DNA of 44,152 nt from a bacterium (lineage in GTDB: Bacteria > SZUA-182 > DTGQ01 > JAFGSM01). The notes under the pieces were generated by a model. The model did not search any database. It saw only the letters and a list, made by a program, of their open reading frames with translations, and was not told the origin of the DNA. Positions 9,877 through 19,032 of this stretch are shown here, piece after piece (positions within the stretch are counted from its first letter, which is position 1; every line of letters starts with the position of its first letter). The translations under genes and the position numbers were made by a program. Location: the NCBI GenBank assembly GCA_049472355.1, contig JBLIRP010000024.1, positions 1 to 44,152 of the forward strand, given 5' to 3'.

Positions 9877-11156
9877 ACCTTCTTTTCTCTCTTTTTTTTA
9901 GGGGGCTGGTCAGCTTCGGCCGAATCACTATTAACGGAGCCATGCTCGGGCTCGATTTCATCCGCCATGGGTAAGGTGAAGGAAAACGTGCACCCGCCCT
10001 CCTCCCTGGTATGCACCCAGATCTTGCCGGCATGAAGCTCAACGATCTCCTTTGCAATGGGGAGCCCCAGACCGGTGCCGTCGTATTCCCGGGTTGCCGA
10101 ATGGTCGACCTGATAGAACTTCTCGAAGATCCTGGCTATTTGCTCGGGCGCCACCCCGATGCCGGTGTCCGATATATCCACCCGCACATAGCCGCATCCG
10201 TCCGACCCATTAGGGGAAACATCCTGAAATACGCGGATCTGTATCTCCCCACCCTGAGGGGTGAATTTTATGGCGTTGCTGAGCAGATTGTTGAGCACCT
10301 GATTTATCTTGGGTGCATCCATGCTCACCTTGGGAAGCGTCGAAGGGATCTGCACCCGCACCTGGAGGTCCTTGCCCTGAAAGATGGGTTTCAGGGATGA
10401 AACCGTATTGCGTATCAATTGCGCAAGATCATCCGGCTTCGGTTTGATCGCGTATTGGTTCGCCTCTATCCTGGAAAGATCGAGGAGATCCGAAATCAGG
10501 TTGTTCAGGTGATCGACCCGCTCATCTGCAATGGTAAGGCATTTAAACTGCTGCTGATTGATCGGGCCCACCTTCTTATTCTTCATAAGGGAGACATATC
10601 CCTTGATGGCGGTCAGGGGGGTCTTCAACTCATGGGAGACCGTGGACAGGAAATCCGATTTGAGCTGATTCAGCCGTTCGAGTTCCTTATTCGCCGTGAT
10701 GAGGATCTCATCCCTCCGCTTGAGCTCCTCCTGGGCCTCACGTATCCGGCGCTCATGTTCCAGGAGCGATCGTGACATCTGATTAAAGGTCCTTGCCAGT
10801 TGCCCTATCTCATCATGGCTTTCGATGTTGATTTTTTTGCCCCATTGTCCCTCGCCGATTTCCTTTACCATGGTGGAGAGGGAAATGATCGGATCGGTGA
10901 ACTTATTGGACAGGATCAGGATCACCACCACGGTGACCAGGAAGTCCAGCATGATCAGGGTGAAGGTGAGCACCTTGGCGACCCTGACGTCCTTGACGAT
11001 GGCGGTCACATTCCTGTCCGCGTCACCCCTTTGGATGGTCTGCATCTGCATCTCGATCTTGGCGAGTCCGACGTAGGATATCGCCCCGCTCATGGCGCCG
11101 ATAAAAAGCACCAGCAAAAAGCCGATCATCAATTTTTGTGTAATATTCAGGTGCAT
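9873..11156 (-). CDS. Membrane sensor histidine kinase (2 TM, HAMP, HisKA, HATPase)
   Basis: DEIGQLARTFNQM (HAMP), SHELKTPL (H box), NLLSNAIKFT, DTGIG, GTGLGL. Confidence 0.95.
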   Translation of the reverse strand: MHLNITQKLMIGFLLVLFIGAMSGAISYVGLAKIEMQMQTIQRGDADRNVTAIVKDVRVAKVLTFTLIMLDFLVTVVVILILSNKFTDPIISLSTMVKEIGEGQWGKKINIESHDEIGQLARTFNQMSRSLLEHERRIREAQEELKRRDEILITANKELERLNQLKSDFLSTVSHELKTPLTAIKGYVSLMKNKKVGPINQQQFKCLTIADERVDHLNNLISDLLDLSRIEANQYAIKPKPDDLAQLIRNTVSSLKPIFQGKDLQVRVQIPSTLPKVSMDAPKINQVLNNLLSNAIKFTPQGGEIQIRVFQDVSPNGSDGCGYVRVDISDTGIGVAPEQIARIFEKFYQVDHSATREYDGTGLGLPIAKEIVELHAGKIWVHTREEGGCTFSFTLPMADEIEPEHGSVNSDSAEADQPPKKKREKKV

Positions 11157-11168
11157 ACCGCCCGCATT

Positions 11169-12158
11169 CTATTCGAGACTGGGTTGAAGCGCAGACTTGC
11201 CCTTGCGCCTGTCCTTCCGGTAGTTGCTTCCCGCAAGCATCTTCACATGCCGCTTTAATTCCGCGGCCTTTTCCGAAACCTGCAAATGGTGATCAAAGGC
11301 GGTCTCTTCATTGGTGATGACCACCAGGGTTATGGTCATCAGCGGAAATCGCCTGGTCACCCCCCGACGATCCTCATTGATGATATATCCCCTCTTCAGG
11401 TCCTCCTCACGATAGTGCAGATGAATGAGCTGATCGAAGATACGGATGATTTCCTGACAGAGCCTGTCCACACAATCAGGGGTGGTCAGACAGACGAAAT
11501 CGTCCCCGCCGATATGTCCGATGAAATCGTGGGAATTTCCATAGCGCTTGACCGCGGTCATGACGGTGTGCGCGGTAAAGGTGATGATGCGGTTTCCCGC
11601 GGCATACCCGTAATTGTCATTGTATGCCTTGAAATTATCCAGGTCTATGAACACCGCTGCAAAGGGCTCCTTCTCGTCGATCACCCGCTGAATCTCCTTC
11701 TCGATCGCGACGCTTCCGGGCAGGCGGGTGAGGGGATTGGCGGAAAGGTCGCGTCGTGTCTTTCTCAGGAGCGCCTTGATGCGTGCCTCCAGTTCCATCG
11801 GATCAAAGGGTTTGATCACATAGTCATCCGCCCCCGTGTCCAATCCGGTCAGCTTATCGGCGAGGTCCTGCTTGGCGGTCAGCATGATGATGGGCAGATG
11901 CGCGGTTATGGCGCTCTCCTTCAGACAGCGGCAGACCTCGAAGCCCGATTTCTCCGGCAGCATGACGTCCAATATGATGATATCCGGATTCTCTGTGATC
12001 ACCTTTTCCAGGACCTCCGTTCCCGTTACCGCCTCGCTTATATGGTACCCAAGGGGGCTGAGACTCAGCCGTATGATGTCCCTCGTTGCCGGATCATCAT
12101 CAACAATCAGGACCTTTGTTGTCTCGGTGCAATCGTTTTTCTTATTTGACTTTTTCAT
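11169..12158 (-). CDS. Response regulator with GGDEF-family nucleotide cyclase domain (REC-GGDDF)
   Basis: VLIVDDD, LDVMLP, KPFD receiver motifs; NPLTRLP, DLDNFKAYND, HIGGDDF. Confidence 0.92.
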   Translation of the reverse strand: MKKSNKKNDCTETTKVLIVDDDPATRDIIRLSLSPLGYHISEAVTGTEVLEKVITENPDIIILDVMLPEKSGFEVCRCLKESAITAHLPIIMLTAKQDLADKLTGLDTGADDYVIKPFDPMELEARIKALLRKTRRDLSANPLTRLPGSVAIEKEIQRVIDEKEPFAAVFIDLDNFKAYNDNYGYAAGNRIITFTAHTVMTAVKRYGNSHDFIGHIGGDDFVCLTTPDCVDRLCQEIIRIFDQLIHLHYREEDLKRGYIINEDRRGVTRRFPLMTITLVVITNEETAFDHHLQVSEKAAELKRHVKMLAGSNYRKDRRKGKSALQPSLE

Positions 12159-12180
12159 TCACCGCAGCTTCTCAATGCGT

Positions 12181-12948
12181 TTACCGAAAATATTTTTTGC
12201 TGTCCACGTTCAGCAATGCGAAGATGCTCAGTAGAATCCCGAGCAGGAATTTATAGAAAAACCGAAGGAACCCCAGACCGTTGCCCTCGTGAAACTCATG
12301 AATCACCCTCATGGCACCAGGGTCGAACCTGCCGCTGAAGGCAGGAACAAATATCTCGATAAGGTATACCGAAACGGCAAAGAGCGTCAAAAAAGCGGCC
12401 AGGGCAACAAAGGACCTCGACTGGCTGCGTTTTACCCGGTAGACAAAATAGATCAGGAGGACCACCATGATCAGGATCAGGAGCCCCCAATAGAGAAGGT
12501 ATACCAGGGGAACCGTCCCTGCCTCGGCCTCATGCCCATGCCCGCCATCCCCGGCGGGTATACCGTGGACATCCTCCGATTCAGGGTGCTGGGCCCCTCC
12601 ATCCACTGCATGATATGAATGGGCATCCCCCTGGCCAACCGCTGTCTCAATACGTTCCCCTTCCTGCGTGCGATGGAGATCCTGACCGTGACTGCTCTCT
12701 CCTGCAGCATGAGAACCATCGTGATGCACCTCTTCCCCGTGCAGGGGAGACGGCCCATGGTGCTCGATCCCCTGTGCGTTTTCAGCAGGGAAGGCCCCTG
12801 CGTGAGTTTCCCCCTCATGAGGCACACGGCGTTCCCCTTGCCCTGTTCCCAGGACCCTGCCGCAGGGGACCAGGCTCAGTGCCGCCATCACGGCGATAGT
12901 GAGGATGCAACGATTACCGCTCATGTTCATATGCGCCCTTTTCTTCAT
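12181..12948 (-). CDS. His-rich membrane protein, unknown function
   Basis: Signal-like N-terminus, about 110-aa His/Gly/Glu-rich region, three C-terminal hydrophobic helices; short spacing to both neighbours. Exact start uncertain. Confidence 0.75.
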   Translation of the reverse strand: MKKRAHMNMSGNRCILTIAVMAALSLVPCGRVLGTGQGERRVPHEGETHAGAFPAENAQGIEHHGPSPLHGEEVHHDGSHAAGESSHGQDLHRTQEGERIETAVGQGDAHSYHAVDGGAQHPESEDVHGIPAGDGGHGHEAEAGTVPLVYLLYWGLLILIMVVLLIYFVYRVKRSQSRSFVALAAFLTLFAVSVYLIEIFVPAFSGRFDPGAMRVIHEFHEGNGLGFLRFFYKFLLGILLSIFALLNVDSKKYFR

Positions 12949-12966
12949 TACGTTCTTTATTGTTCA

Positions 12967-14487
12967 TCATGGGAAGAAAATCTTGCTGATCTTGCGGACA
13001 AAATCGAGGGGGAGCTTCGGCGATACGCCGAAAAAGAATACCCCGACGGAAAGAAACAACATGGGGGCGAGCATGATCTTATTCGCCTCGTCCGTTTTTC
13101 CGGAATCCGACGAGGCGTCCTCCTCCGCGTCCGACTCATGTTCATGTCCCTCGGCTCCGTGCATCCACGCACCTATGACCACAGGTCCGTAGTAGACGAG
13201 GTTTAAAAGGCTGCTCAGGAGGAGGGTGAGGAGCGCGATGAACCCTATTCCCGGCCAGTAGTACCCCAGCCGCATGGCCTCCAGGGATCCCATGGCGAGA
13301 AACCATTTGCTGATGAACCCGATGAACGGGGGAAGCCCGATCATGGAGAGGGCACAGACACTGAAGCAGATGGTGGTGAACGGCATCCGCTTGCCTATGC
13401 CCTTCAAGTCCTCCAGCTCCCGCAGGCCGGTTTGATGGATAAATGCCCCGGCGCACATGAACAGGGTGCCCTTCATGAAGGCATGCGCAAAGATATGGAG
13501 CAGCCCTCCCACGATCCCGGTGGGAGACAGGAGCGTAATGCCCATGATGACGTAGCCGATCTGGGAGATGCTGGAATAGGCCAGCATCTTCTTGATCTCG
13601 GTCTGGGTTATGGCGCAGGCGGAGCCGAGGAATATGGTGATGAGCGCCAGTATCAGCAGGGGAAAGATGAGCCCCATGTGGTGATTCACAATTTCCGTAT
13701 GCCCCAGGATATTGTAAATGGTCTTGAATATGCCGTAGGCCCCTGCCTTGATCATAACCCCCGAAAGAAGGGCACTGGCAGGTGATGGCGCAACGGGATG
13801 GGCGGAAGGGAGCCATATGTGCATGGGAAACATACCGGCCTTGACCCCGAACCCGATGATAAAGCTCCAGAAGATAAAGGGTACCCATTTGCTTTCCTGG
13901 ATACCGATCCCGATCATGGTGAGGTCGCCGGTGCCGGCGATCTCATATGTCATGATGATTCCGAAGAGCAATACGAGCCCTCCCGCGATTCCCAGGAAGA
14001 GATATTTGAACCCGGCCTTCATCGCCTCGGGGGTCTCTTCATGAAAGACGAGTATTGCCGAGGCCACGCTCAGCAATTCAAAAAATATATAGAGCGTGAA
14101 CAGGTTTCCGGTAAACACAACCCCCATCATTCCCCCCAGGGAGAGCAGGGAAAAGATGTTATACCTGCCGTGGGCATGGGATTCCTTCATGTATTCTATG
14201 GCATAGAGCGAGGAGAGGGTCCAGAGGAGTATGGAGAGCATTCCCACAAAAAAGCCGAGCATGTCGGTACGAAAGACGAAATTGAATCCGAGGCCGGTGT
14301 CAAGGCTCATATTCAGGATATTACCTGCCCGTATGGAGGGGTACATGATGATGACGATAATCATGGTCACCATGCTGACAATAAGGGTATAGTGATAGTA
14401 CCGGTGCTTTTCCACGAAGGGCCGAAAAACGATCGCAACCAGAGGAAACATGACCGCAAGTAAAGGCAGGTAGCTCTCCGCTAACAT
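12967..14487 (-). CDS. MrpD/MbhH-like antiporter subunit
   Basis: GNLFTLYIFFE, GFGVKAGMFPMHIWLPSAHPVAPSPASALLSG, KKMLAYSSISQIGY, GLPPFIGFISKW. Confidence 0.9.
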   Translation of the reverse strand: MLAESYLPLLAVMFPLVAIVFRPFVEKHRYYHYTLIVSMVTMIIVIIMYPSIRAGNILNMSLDTGLGFNFVFRTDMLGFFVGMLSILLWTLSSLYAIEYMKESHAHGRYNIFSLLSLGGMMGVVFTGNLFTLYIFFELLSVASAILVFHEETPEAMKAGFKYLFLGIAGGLVLLFGIIMTYEIAGTGDLTMIGIGIQESKWVPFIFWSFIIGFGVKAGMFPMHIWLPSAHPVAPSPASALLSGVMIKAGAYGIFKTIYNILGHTEIVNHHMGLIFPLLILALITIFLGSACAITQTEIKKMLAYSSISQIGYVIMGITLLSPTGIVGGLLHIFAHAFMKGTLFMCAGAFIHQTGLRELEDLKGIGKRMPFTTICFSVCALSMIGLPPFIGFISKWFLAMGSLEAMRLGYYWPGIGFIALLTLLLSSLLNLVYYGPVVIGAWMHGAEGHEHESDAEEDASSDSGKTDEANKIMLAPMLFLSVGVFFFGVSPKLPLDFVRKISKIFFP

Positions 14488-14648
14488 TGATAATCCTCCT
14501 TAGAGCCTAATCGTCGTTTTCACGTATTTGCAATGCATTTCACCCATGCCGTGCATCCGGTGAATAATGGTTACGTTGTGATATCCTTTTCACGGGGTTT
14601 CGTGTAAAACCCCTTCATTTCCTTTTTTCTTATCCTCCGCATGGAGGG

Positions 14649-16214
14649 CTACTTCAACACCAGCAATGCCGCCGGCATGGCGGCCTTGTCAAACGGGAAT
14701 TTAATCAATATGCCCATCAGCACGACCAGAAAGGTCAGGATGACCACCGGTATCTGCATCAGCGCAGGAGGGTCGTCCCTCTTCTGGATGTCTATCTTGG
14801 GTATCCCGAAGTACGAGATCGCGACCACCCTGAAATAGTATACGGCATTCAAGAGGCTGCTCAGGAGCAGGAAGAAGATCAAAAAGGGCAAACCCGCCTG
14901 GTAGGCGGCATTGGCCAAAACCCACTTGCTCATGAATCCGCTCAGGGGGGGGACCCCCACCATAGAGCAGGCGCCGATGGCGAAGCAGGTCATGGTCAGG
15001 GGCATCTTGTACCCGAGCTTTCCCATGTCGGCAATCTCGGTGATTCCGGTCTTGTAGATGATGATCCCGGAGACGAGAAAGAGCAGGCCCTTCACGATCG
15101 CGTGATTGATGATGTGCAGGATGGAGCCGGCAAGTCCGAAATGGGTGATCAGGCCGATGCCGAACATGATGTACCCCACCTGGGCGATGGTGGAAAAGGC
15201 CAGCATACGCTTGAGCTTTGTCTGCGCGATGGCAAAGAAGGAGCCGCCCACCATGGTGATCACCGCGATGGTCAAAAACAGCGGCCGCAAAAGCCTCCCG
15301 TAATAGCCGCTGTGAATTGCAAAGATGCCGAACAAAAAACGCACCAGTGGAAATATGCCGGTTGCCTTTATGACCAGACCCGACAAAAGGGCGCTGATGG
15401 CGGAAGGGGCAACGGGATGTGCATCGGCGAGCCATGCGTGCCCCGGGAAAAGGGCCGCCTTGACGCTGAACCCCATGATAAAAAGGCCCAAGGATGCGAA
15501 GATCAGATACCGTAAGGGATAGATGTACGATTCGGGTTCGCTGGTTACGATCTTGGCGACCTGTTTTGCTGCATACTGCATGTTGAGGGTTCCCGTCGCA
15601 TTGAACAGGAGCCCTATGGCAAAGACAATGAAGATTGAACTCAGCGCCCCTACCAGGAGGTATTTGAAGGTCGCCTCCAGGGATTCCGCCTTTCCTGTGA
15701 TGGATACCAGTGCATAGGAACTGATGGATGCGATTTCGAAGAATACGTAAAAATTGAATATGTCACCGGTGATGGCAATCCCCGACATGCCCCCGAGCAT
15801 CAGGAGAAAGAGGGTATAATAGTAGGTGTGCCTCGATTTCGGCACCCCGTGCTCGATGTACGGTATTGAATAGATGGACGCGAGGAGGCCGATTCCATTG
15901 ATCAGGATGAGCAGGATGGCCCCGAACAGGTCGGTCCTCAAGACGATACCTATGGGCTGGCCGGTATTCAGGATACGGGCACCGCGCCACCCGTATCCCA
16001 CAAAGTACTCCAGATAGCCGATCGGCGATGTAAGGATCTTTATGAATATGATCGTAGACATTATTGCTGCCAAGGTTGTCGCAAGCAGATAGAGGGGCTC
16101 CCTCAGGCGTCGCGCCAGGCGTGCGATGAGCGGCATGATGACCGCCGCAAAGATAAGGCAAATGGGGACAAAGATCTGAAGCTGCGAACCTGCCTGTTCC
16201 AGGGGGATTGCCAT
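14649..16214 (-). CDS. mrpD: Multisubunit cation/H+ antiporter subunit D (MrpD/MbhH-like)
   Basis: GDIFNFYVFFE, KAALFPGHAWLADAH, KRMLAFSTIAQ, GVPPLSGFMSKW; directly follows mrpC. Confidence 0.88.
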   Translation of the reverse strand: MAIPLEQAGSQLQIFVPICLIFAAVIMPLIARLARRLREPLYLLATTLAAIMSTIIFIKILTSPIGYLEYFVGYGWRGARILNTGQPIGIVLRTDLFGAILLILINGIGLLASIYSIPYIEHGVPKSRHTYYYTLFLLMLGGMSGIAITGDIFNFYVFFEIASISSYALVSITGKAESLEATFKYLLVGALSSIFIVFAIGLLFNATGTLNMQYAAKQVAKIVTSEPESYIYPLRYLIFASLGLFIMGFSVKAALFPGHAWLADAHPVAPSAISALLSGLVIKATGIFPLVRFLFGIFAIHSGYYGRLLRPLFLTIAVITMVGGSFFAIAQTKLKRMLAFSTIAQVGYIMFGIGLITHFGLAGSILHIINHAIVKGLLFLVSGIIIYKTGITEIADMGKLGYKMPLTMTCFAIGACSMVGVPPLSGFMSKWVLANAAYQAGLPFLIFFLLLSSLLNAVYYFRVVAISYFGIPKIDIQKRDDPPALMQIPVVILTFLVVLMGILIKFPFDKAAMPAALLVLK

Positions 16215-16221
16215 GGGAGTG

Positions 16222-16632
16222 CTATCCTCTCAATCTCATAATTTTCCGGGTATCCAGCGTCCCGTAATTCTCGTAAATCTTCACCGCAAGGCTCAACGAG
16301 ACCGCAGTCACACTCACACTCACCACGATGGCGGTCAGGACAAGGGCTGAGGGAATGGGATTCACCATCACCAGCTCCCCGGCCGCTGCATGGGCCGCCT
16401 CCTGCGCATTCAAGATCTCATTGGGATGCGCCCAAAATCTGGTCGCAGCCCCCAGCCGCACGTCGGCGGAGGCGACGAGAAACAAATACACGGAGGTCTC
16501 CACAATATTCATGCCGATCATCTTCTTGATCAGATTCGGCTTGACGACCAGGGCATACAGGCCGATGCAGAAGAGGATCACCGTAACGATATAATCCATC
16601 CTAGTCAGAAGTAGATTCAGAAACCCCGTCAT
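16222..16632 (-). CDS. mrpC: Cation/H+ antiporter subunit C
   Basis: NLIKKMIGMNI, NPIPSALVLTAIVV; start at MTGFL with AGGAGA upstream. Confidence 0.9.
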   Translation of the reverse strand: MTGFLNLLLTRMDYIVTVILFCIGLYALVVKPNLIKKMIGMNIVETSVYLFLVASADVRLGAATRFWAHPNEILNAQEAAHAAAGELVMVNPIPSALVLTAIVVSVSVTAVSLSLAVKIYENYGTLDTRKIMRLRG

Positions 16633-17149
16633 CTGACCATCTCCTTTTCTCATGCACAGTCTTTTTGTGTTTGTAGTAAGCCGGATCGCGCCTTTCTTCC
16701 AGGAAGGCGTAAAACAATTCGATGGCCACACCCGACACGGTAATGCCCACCCCCATGTTTATCCACAGAAGCGTGCCGCCGCTGAAAAGCTCGCCCAATG
16801 CACCACCCGGTGGGAAATTGATGCTCCTGTTTGCCAGGAAATTGTATCCAGCCACTATTCCAACCATACCAACGACGATATAGATCAGGATCCCTGAGGA
16901 GGCAAGGCCCTTGATCCTGCCCTCGGGTAGCGCCCGCCGCCCCTCATCCTTGTTGAATGCCAGTCCCAGGAGGATGAAGGAGGCCCCGATAATCACCCCT
17001 CCCTGGAAGCCCCCTCCCGGAGTAAGATGCCCATGTGCCATCACGGATAATCCGAACATGAGCAGGAACGGGATCATCATCCGGGTCACGGTCTGAATCA
17101 CCAAACTCGTCCTATATTCGGGCCCTTTTGTTTTGTCTCCCATCTGCAT
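16601..17149 (-). CDS. mrpB: MnhB-domain subunit (MrpB/MbhF-like)
   Basis: HGHLTPGGGFQGG motif. Confidence 0.88.
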   Translation of the reverse strand: MQMGDKTKGPEYRTSLVIQTVTRMMIPFLLMFGLSVMAHGHLTPGGGFQGGVIIGASFILLGLAFNKDEGRRALPEGRIKGLASSGILIYIVVGMVGIVAGYNFLANRSINFPPGGALGELFSGGTLLWINMGVGITVSGVAIELFYAFLEERRDPAYYKHKKTVHEKRRWSDDGVSESTSD

Positions 17150-17247
17150 TCCTTTCCTGCGTTACCATCCGACGAAACCTCGTGACACACCGTTGTGTGC
17201 AATTCACTTCATATACGCGTCCATCTCGCGCATCTCCCTGCCATGCC

Positions 17248-17574
17248 CTATTCCTTGTTAATCCCAATAATGGCAAGGACGCTGATGAGGGCGGTAAAGA
17301 GGACGGTGGTCTCAAAAAGGGTATCATACCCGCGATAGTCGAAGATAACGGCGGTAATGATATCGAGGGCGCCGGTATCATACGCACCGTTGCGGTTATA
17401 GTGGAGGGCGACCGTTTCCCGCTCCTTGACGATCTCCTCGAAGGGGACCTCCGGGTGAACGAATTCCGCATAGCTGGGCTGGTGGGGATCACCCACCGGC
17501 GCCAGGGTGAGAACGGCTGCAATCATGACGATGCCGAATATGCAAAAGAGCACCACCGGGACAAAGCGCTTCAT
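17248..17574 (-). CDS. MbhE-like small subunit (separate N-terminal MrpB-like part)
   Basis: ITAVIFDYRGYDTLFETTV motif; ATG overlaps upstream TGA (TGATG). Confidence 0.85.
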   Translation of the reverse strand: MKRFVPVVLFCIFGIVMIAAVLTLAPVGDPHQPSYAEFVHPEVPFEEIVKERETVALHYNRNGAYDTGALDIITAVIFDYRGYDTLFETTVLFTALISVLAIIGINKE

Positions 17575-17822
17575 CAATCCTCCCTTCTTTTTGTCTTGCA
17601 CAGGGCTGCGACAAAGAGAATACTGGATATCCCGGCGCCTACGGCCGCCTCGGTCATGGCCACATCAACGGCCCTCAGGATACTGTACGTCACTGCTATG
17701 GTGAAGCTGTATGCATTGAAGATGATGACCGTCTCGAGGAGATCCTTACTCACAATGGCTGCCAGGGCGGTGCAGATGAGAAATACAAGAATCACCAGGT
17801 GGGCCACCAGCACAAGGTCCAT
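17574..17822 (-). CDS. DUF4040/MbhD-like small membrane subunit
   Basis: LRAVDVAMTEAAVGAG motif; start at MDLVLV with AGGAGG RBS. Confidence 0.88.
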   Translation of the reverse strand: MDLVLVAHLVILVFLICTALAAIVSKDLLETVIIFNAYSFTIAVTYSILRAVDVAMTEAAVGAGISSILFVAALCKTKRRED

Positions 17823-17824
17823 CG

Positions 17825-18193
17825 TCACACCTCCTTTTTCGATAAATGCGCCGTGTCTTTGAGCATATGAAAGGTGGTTCCCTTTGTCCAAGGTATCCTC
17901 GTCTTGTAGCAAAACCGCAGGATCGAATGCACCACAATCGGGTTTGCAAGGAGCATAAATACCAGGATAATGAGGACCTTGATGCTCTCGAGCGGGTTGA
18001 TGGTCAACCAGTAGAGCCACACACCGAGGAGGGAGAGGAGAAGTCCCGGGCTGTCCCCCTTTCCGGCCGTATGCGCCCGGTTGTACGAATCGGGCATACG
18101 AATGACCCCCACGGTGGCGCATACGAAAAAGAATACCCCTCCCAGGATGAACAGACCGGCAAGGAATCGTAGGATGGTTTGTAGATATATCAT
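17825..18193 (-). CDS. mrpG: Cation/H+ antiporter subunit G
   Basis: GVIRMPDSYNRAHTAGK, LANPIVVH. Confidence 0.9.
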   Translation of the reverse strand: MIYLQTILRFLAGLFILGGVFFFVCATVGVIRMPDSYNRAHTAGKGDSPGLLLSLLGVWLYWLTINPLESIKVLIILVFMLLANPIVVHSILRFCYKTRIPWTKGTTFHMLKDTAHLSKKEV

Positions 18194-18196
18194 CGC

Positions 18197-18472
18197 CTAA
18201 TCACCGAGTTCCCTATGTTCGAGATACTTGACAAAGGCCAGGGTGGTGACATACACCAGCATGGCATACAGAAGGGCGATATCCAGAAAAGAGGTCTTTT
18301 GAAAGATGGCCGCAAGAAACACCAGTGCTATGGTGGACTTGCTTCCCACCACATTGATCCCGATGATTCGGTCGGCGGTGGTGGGGCCGAGGATCGCCCG
18401 GTACAGGCAGAAGAAGATGGTGATGGAAAGAACGGCGATGGCCAGCTTCAGGATAAAAAGGAATTCGATCAT
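18197..18472 (-). CDS. mrpF: Cation/H+ antiporter subunit F
   Basis: LYRAILGPTTADRIIG, LDIALLYA; start at MIEFL with GGAGG RBS. Confidence 0.9.
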   Translation of the reverse strand: MIEFLFILKLAIAVLSITIFFCLYRAILGPTTADRIIGINVVGSKSTIALVFLAAIFQKTSFLDIALLYAMLVYVTTLAFVKYLEHRELGD

Positions 18473-19032
18473 TGTCCCTCCGCATGAAGGCAATCCTGTA
18501 TCCGTTTGACGAATCCGCCGTCCTTGAGGGTGGCTTCCACTGCATCCTGGCTTATGCAATGTACCAGGAACCGGCTCCCGTGCGGGGTCTTCTGCGCGTC
18601 GATGGTGATGGTGCCGGGTGTCAGGGTGATTGAATTTGCATTCAAGGCGATTTCTATATCCTCGGAAAGCGGGGTCTCGAATTCGACGATACCGGGAGAG
18701 ATAAGAATCTTCGGCCGCATCACCCTCCGGGCCACATCTATCCCTGCAAGGAGGATATCCACGGTGAGACGGCTGATATAGCCGAGAAACCGCAGCATGA
18801 TGCCGGTGTGGAAATACAGATCGATCTGCCTACCGGTCAAAATGGGATAGGGTGAAACAAAGGTCACAATAACCGCAAAAATGGTGCCCAGGATCAGGTG
18901 TCCCAGAAGATTCTTGAGGCCTAATACGGACAAGGGACTTTCGGGAAAACTGATGATGGTGAACCAAAAAATCAGAACAAACAGCAGGGTTACCAGGAAT
19001 TCCTTGGCGTCTTTCCGGGAAAAGCTGGACAA
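18469..19032 (-). CDS. mrpE: Cation/H+ antiporter subunit E
   Basis: ISPGIV, NANSITLTPGTITID, LVHCI; TTG start with AAGGAG upstream. Confidence 0.9.
   Translation of the reverse strand: MSSFSRKDAKEFLVTLLFVLIFWFTIISFPESPLSVLGLKNLLGHLILGTIFAVIVTFVSPYPILTGRQIDLYFHTGIMLRFLGYISRLTVDILLAGIDVARRVMRPKILISPGIVEFETPLSEDIEIALNANSITLTPGTITIDAQKTPHGSRFLVHCISQDAVEATLKDGGFVKRIQDCLHAEGQ

Noticed and set aside
5347..19032. Complex I (nuo) or formate hydrogenlyase operon
   Set aside because: No NuoH, Fe-S or catalytic subunits; the small subunits are Mrp E/F/G/B/C types
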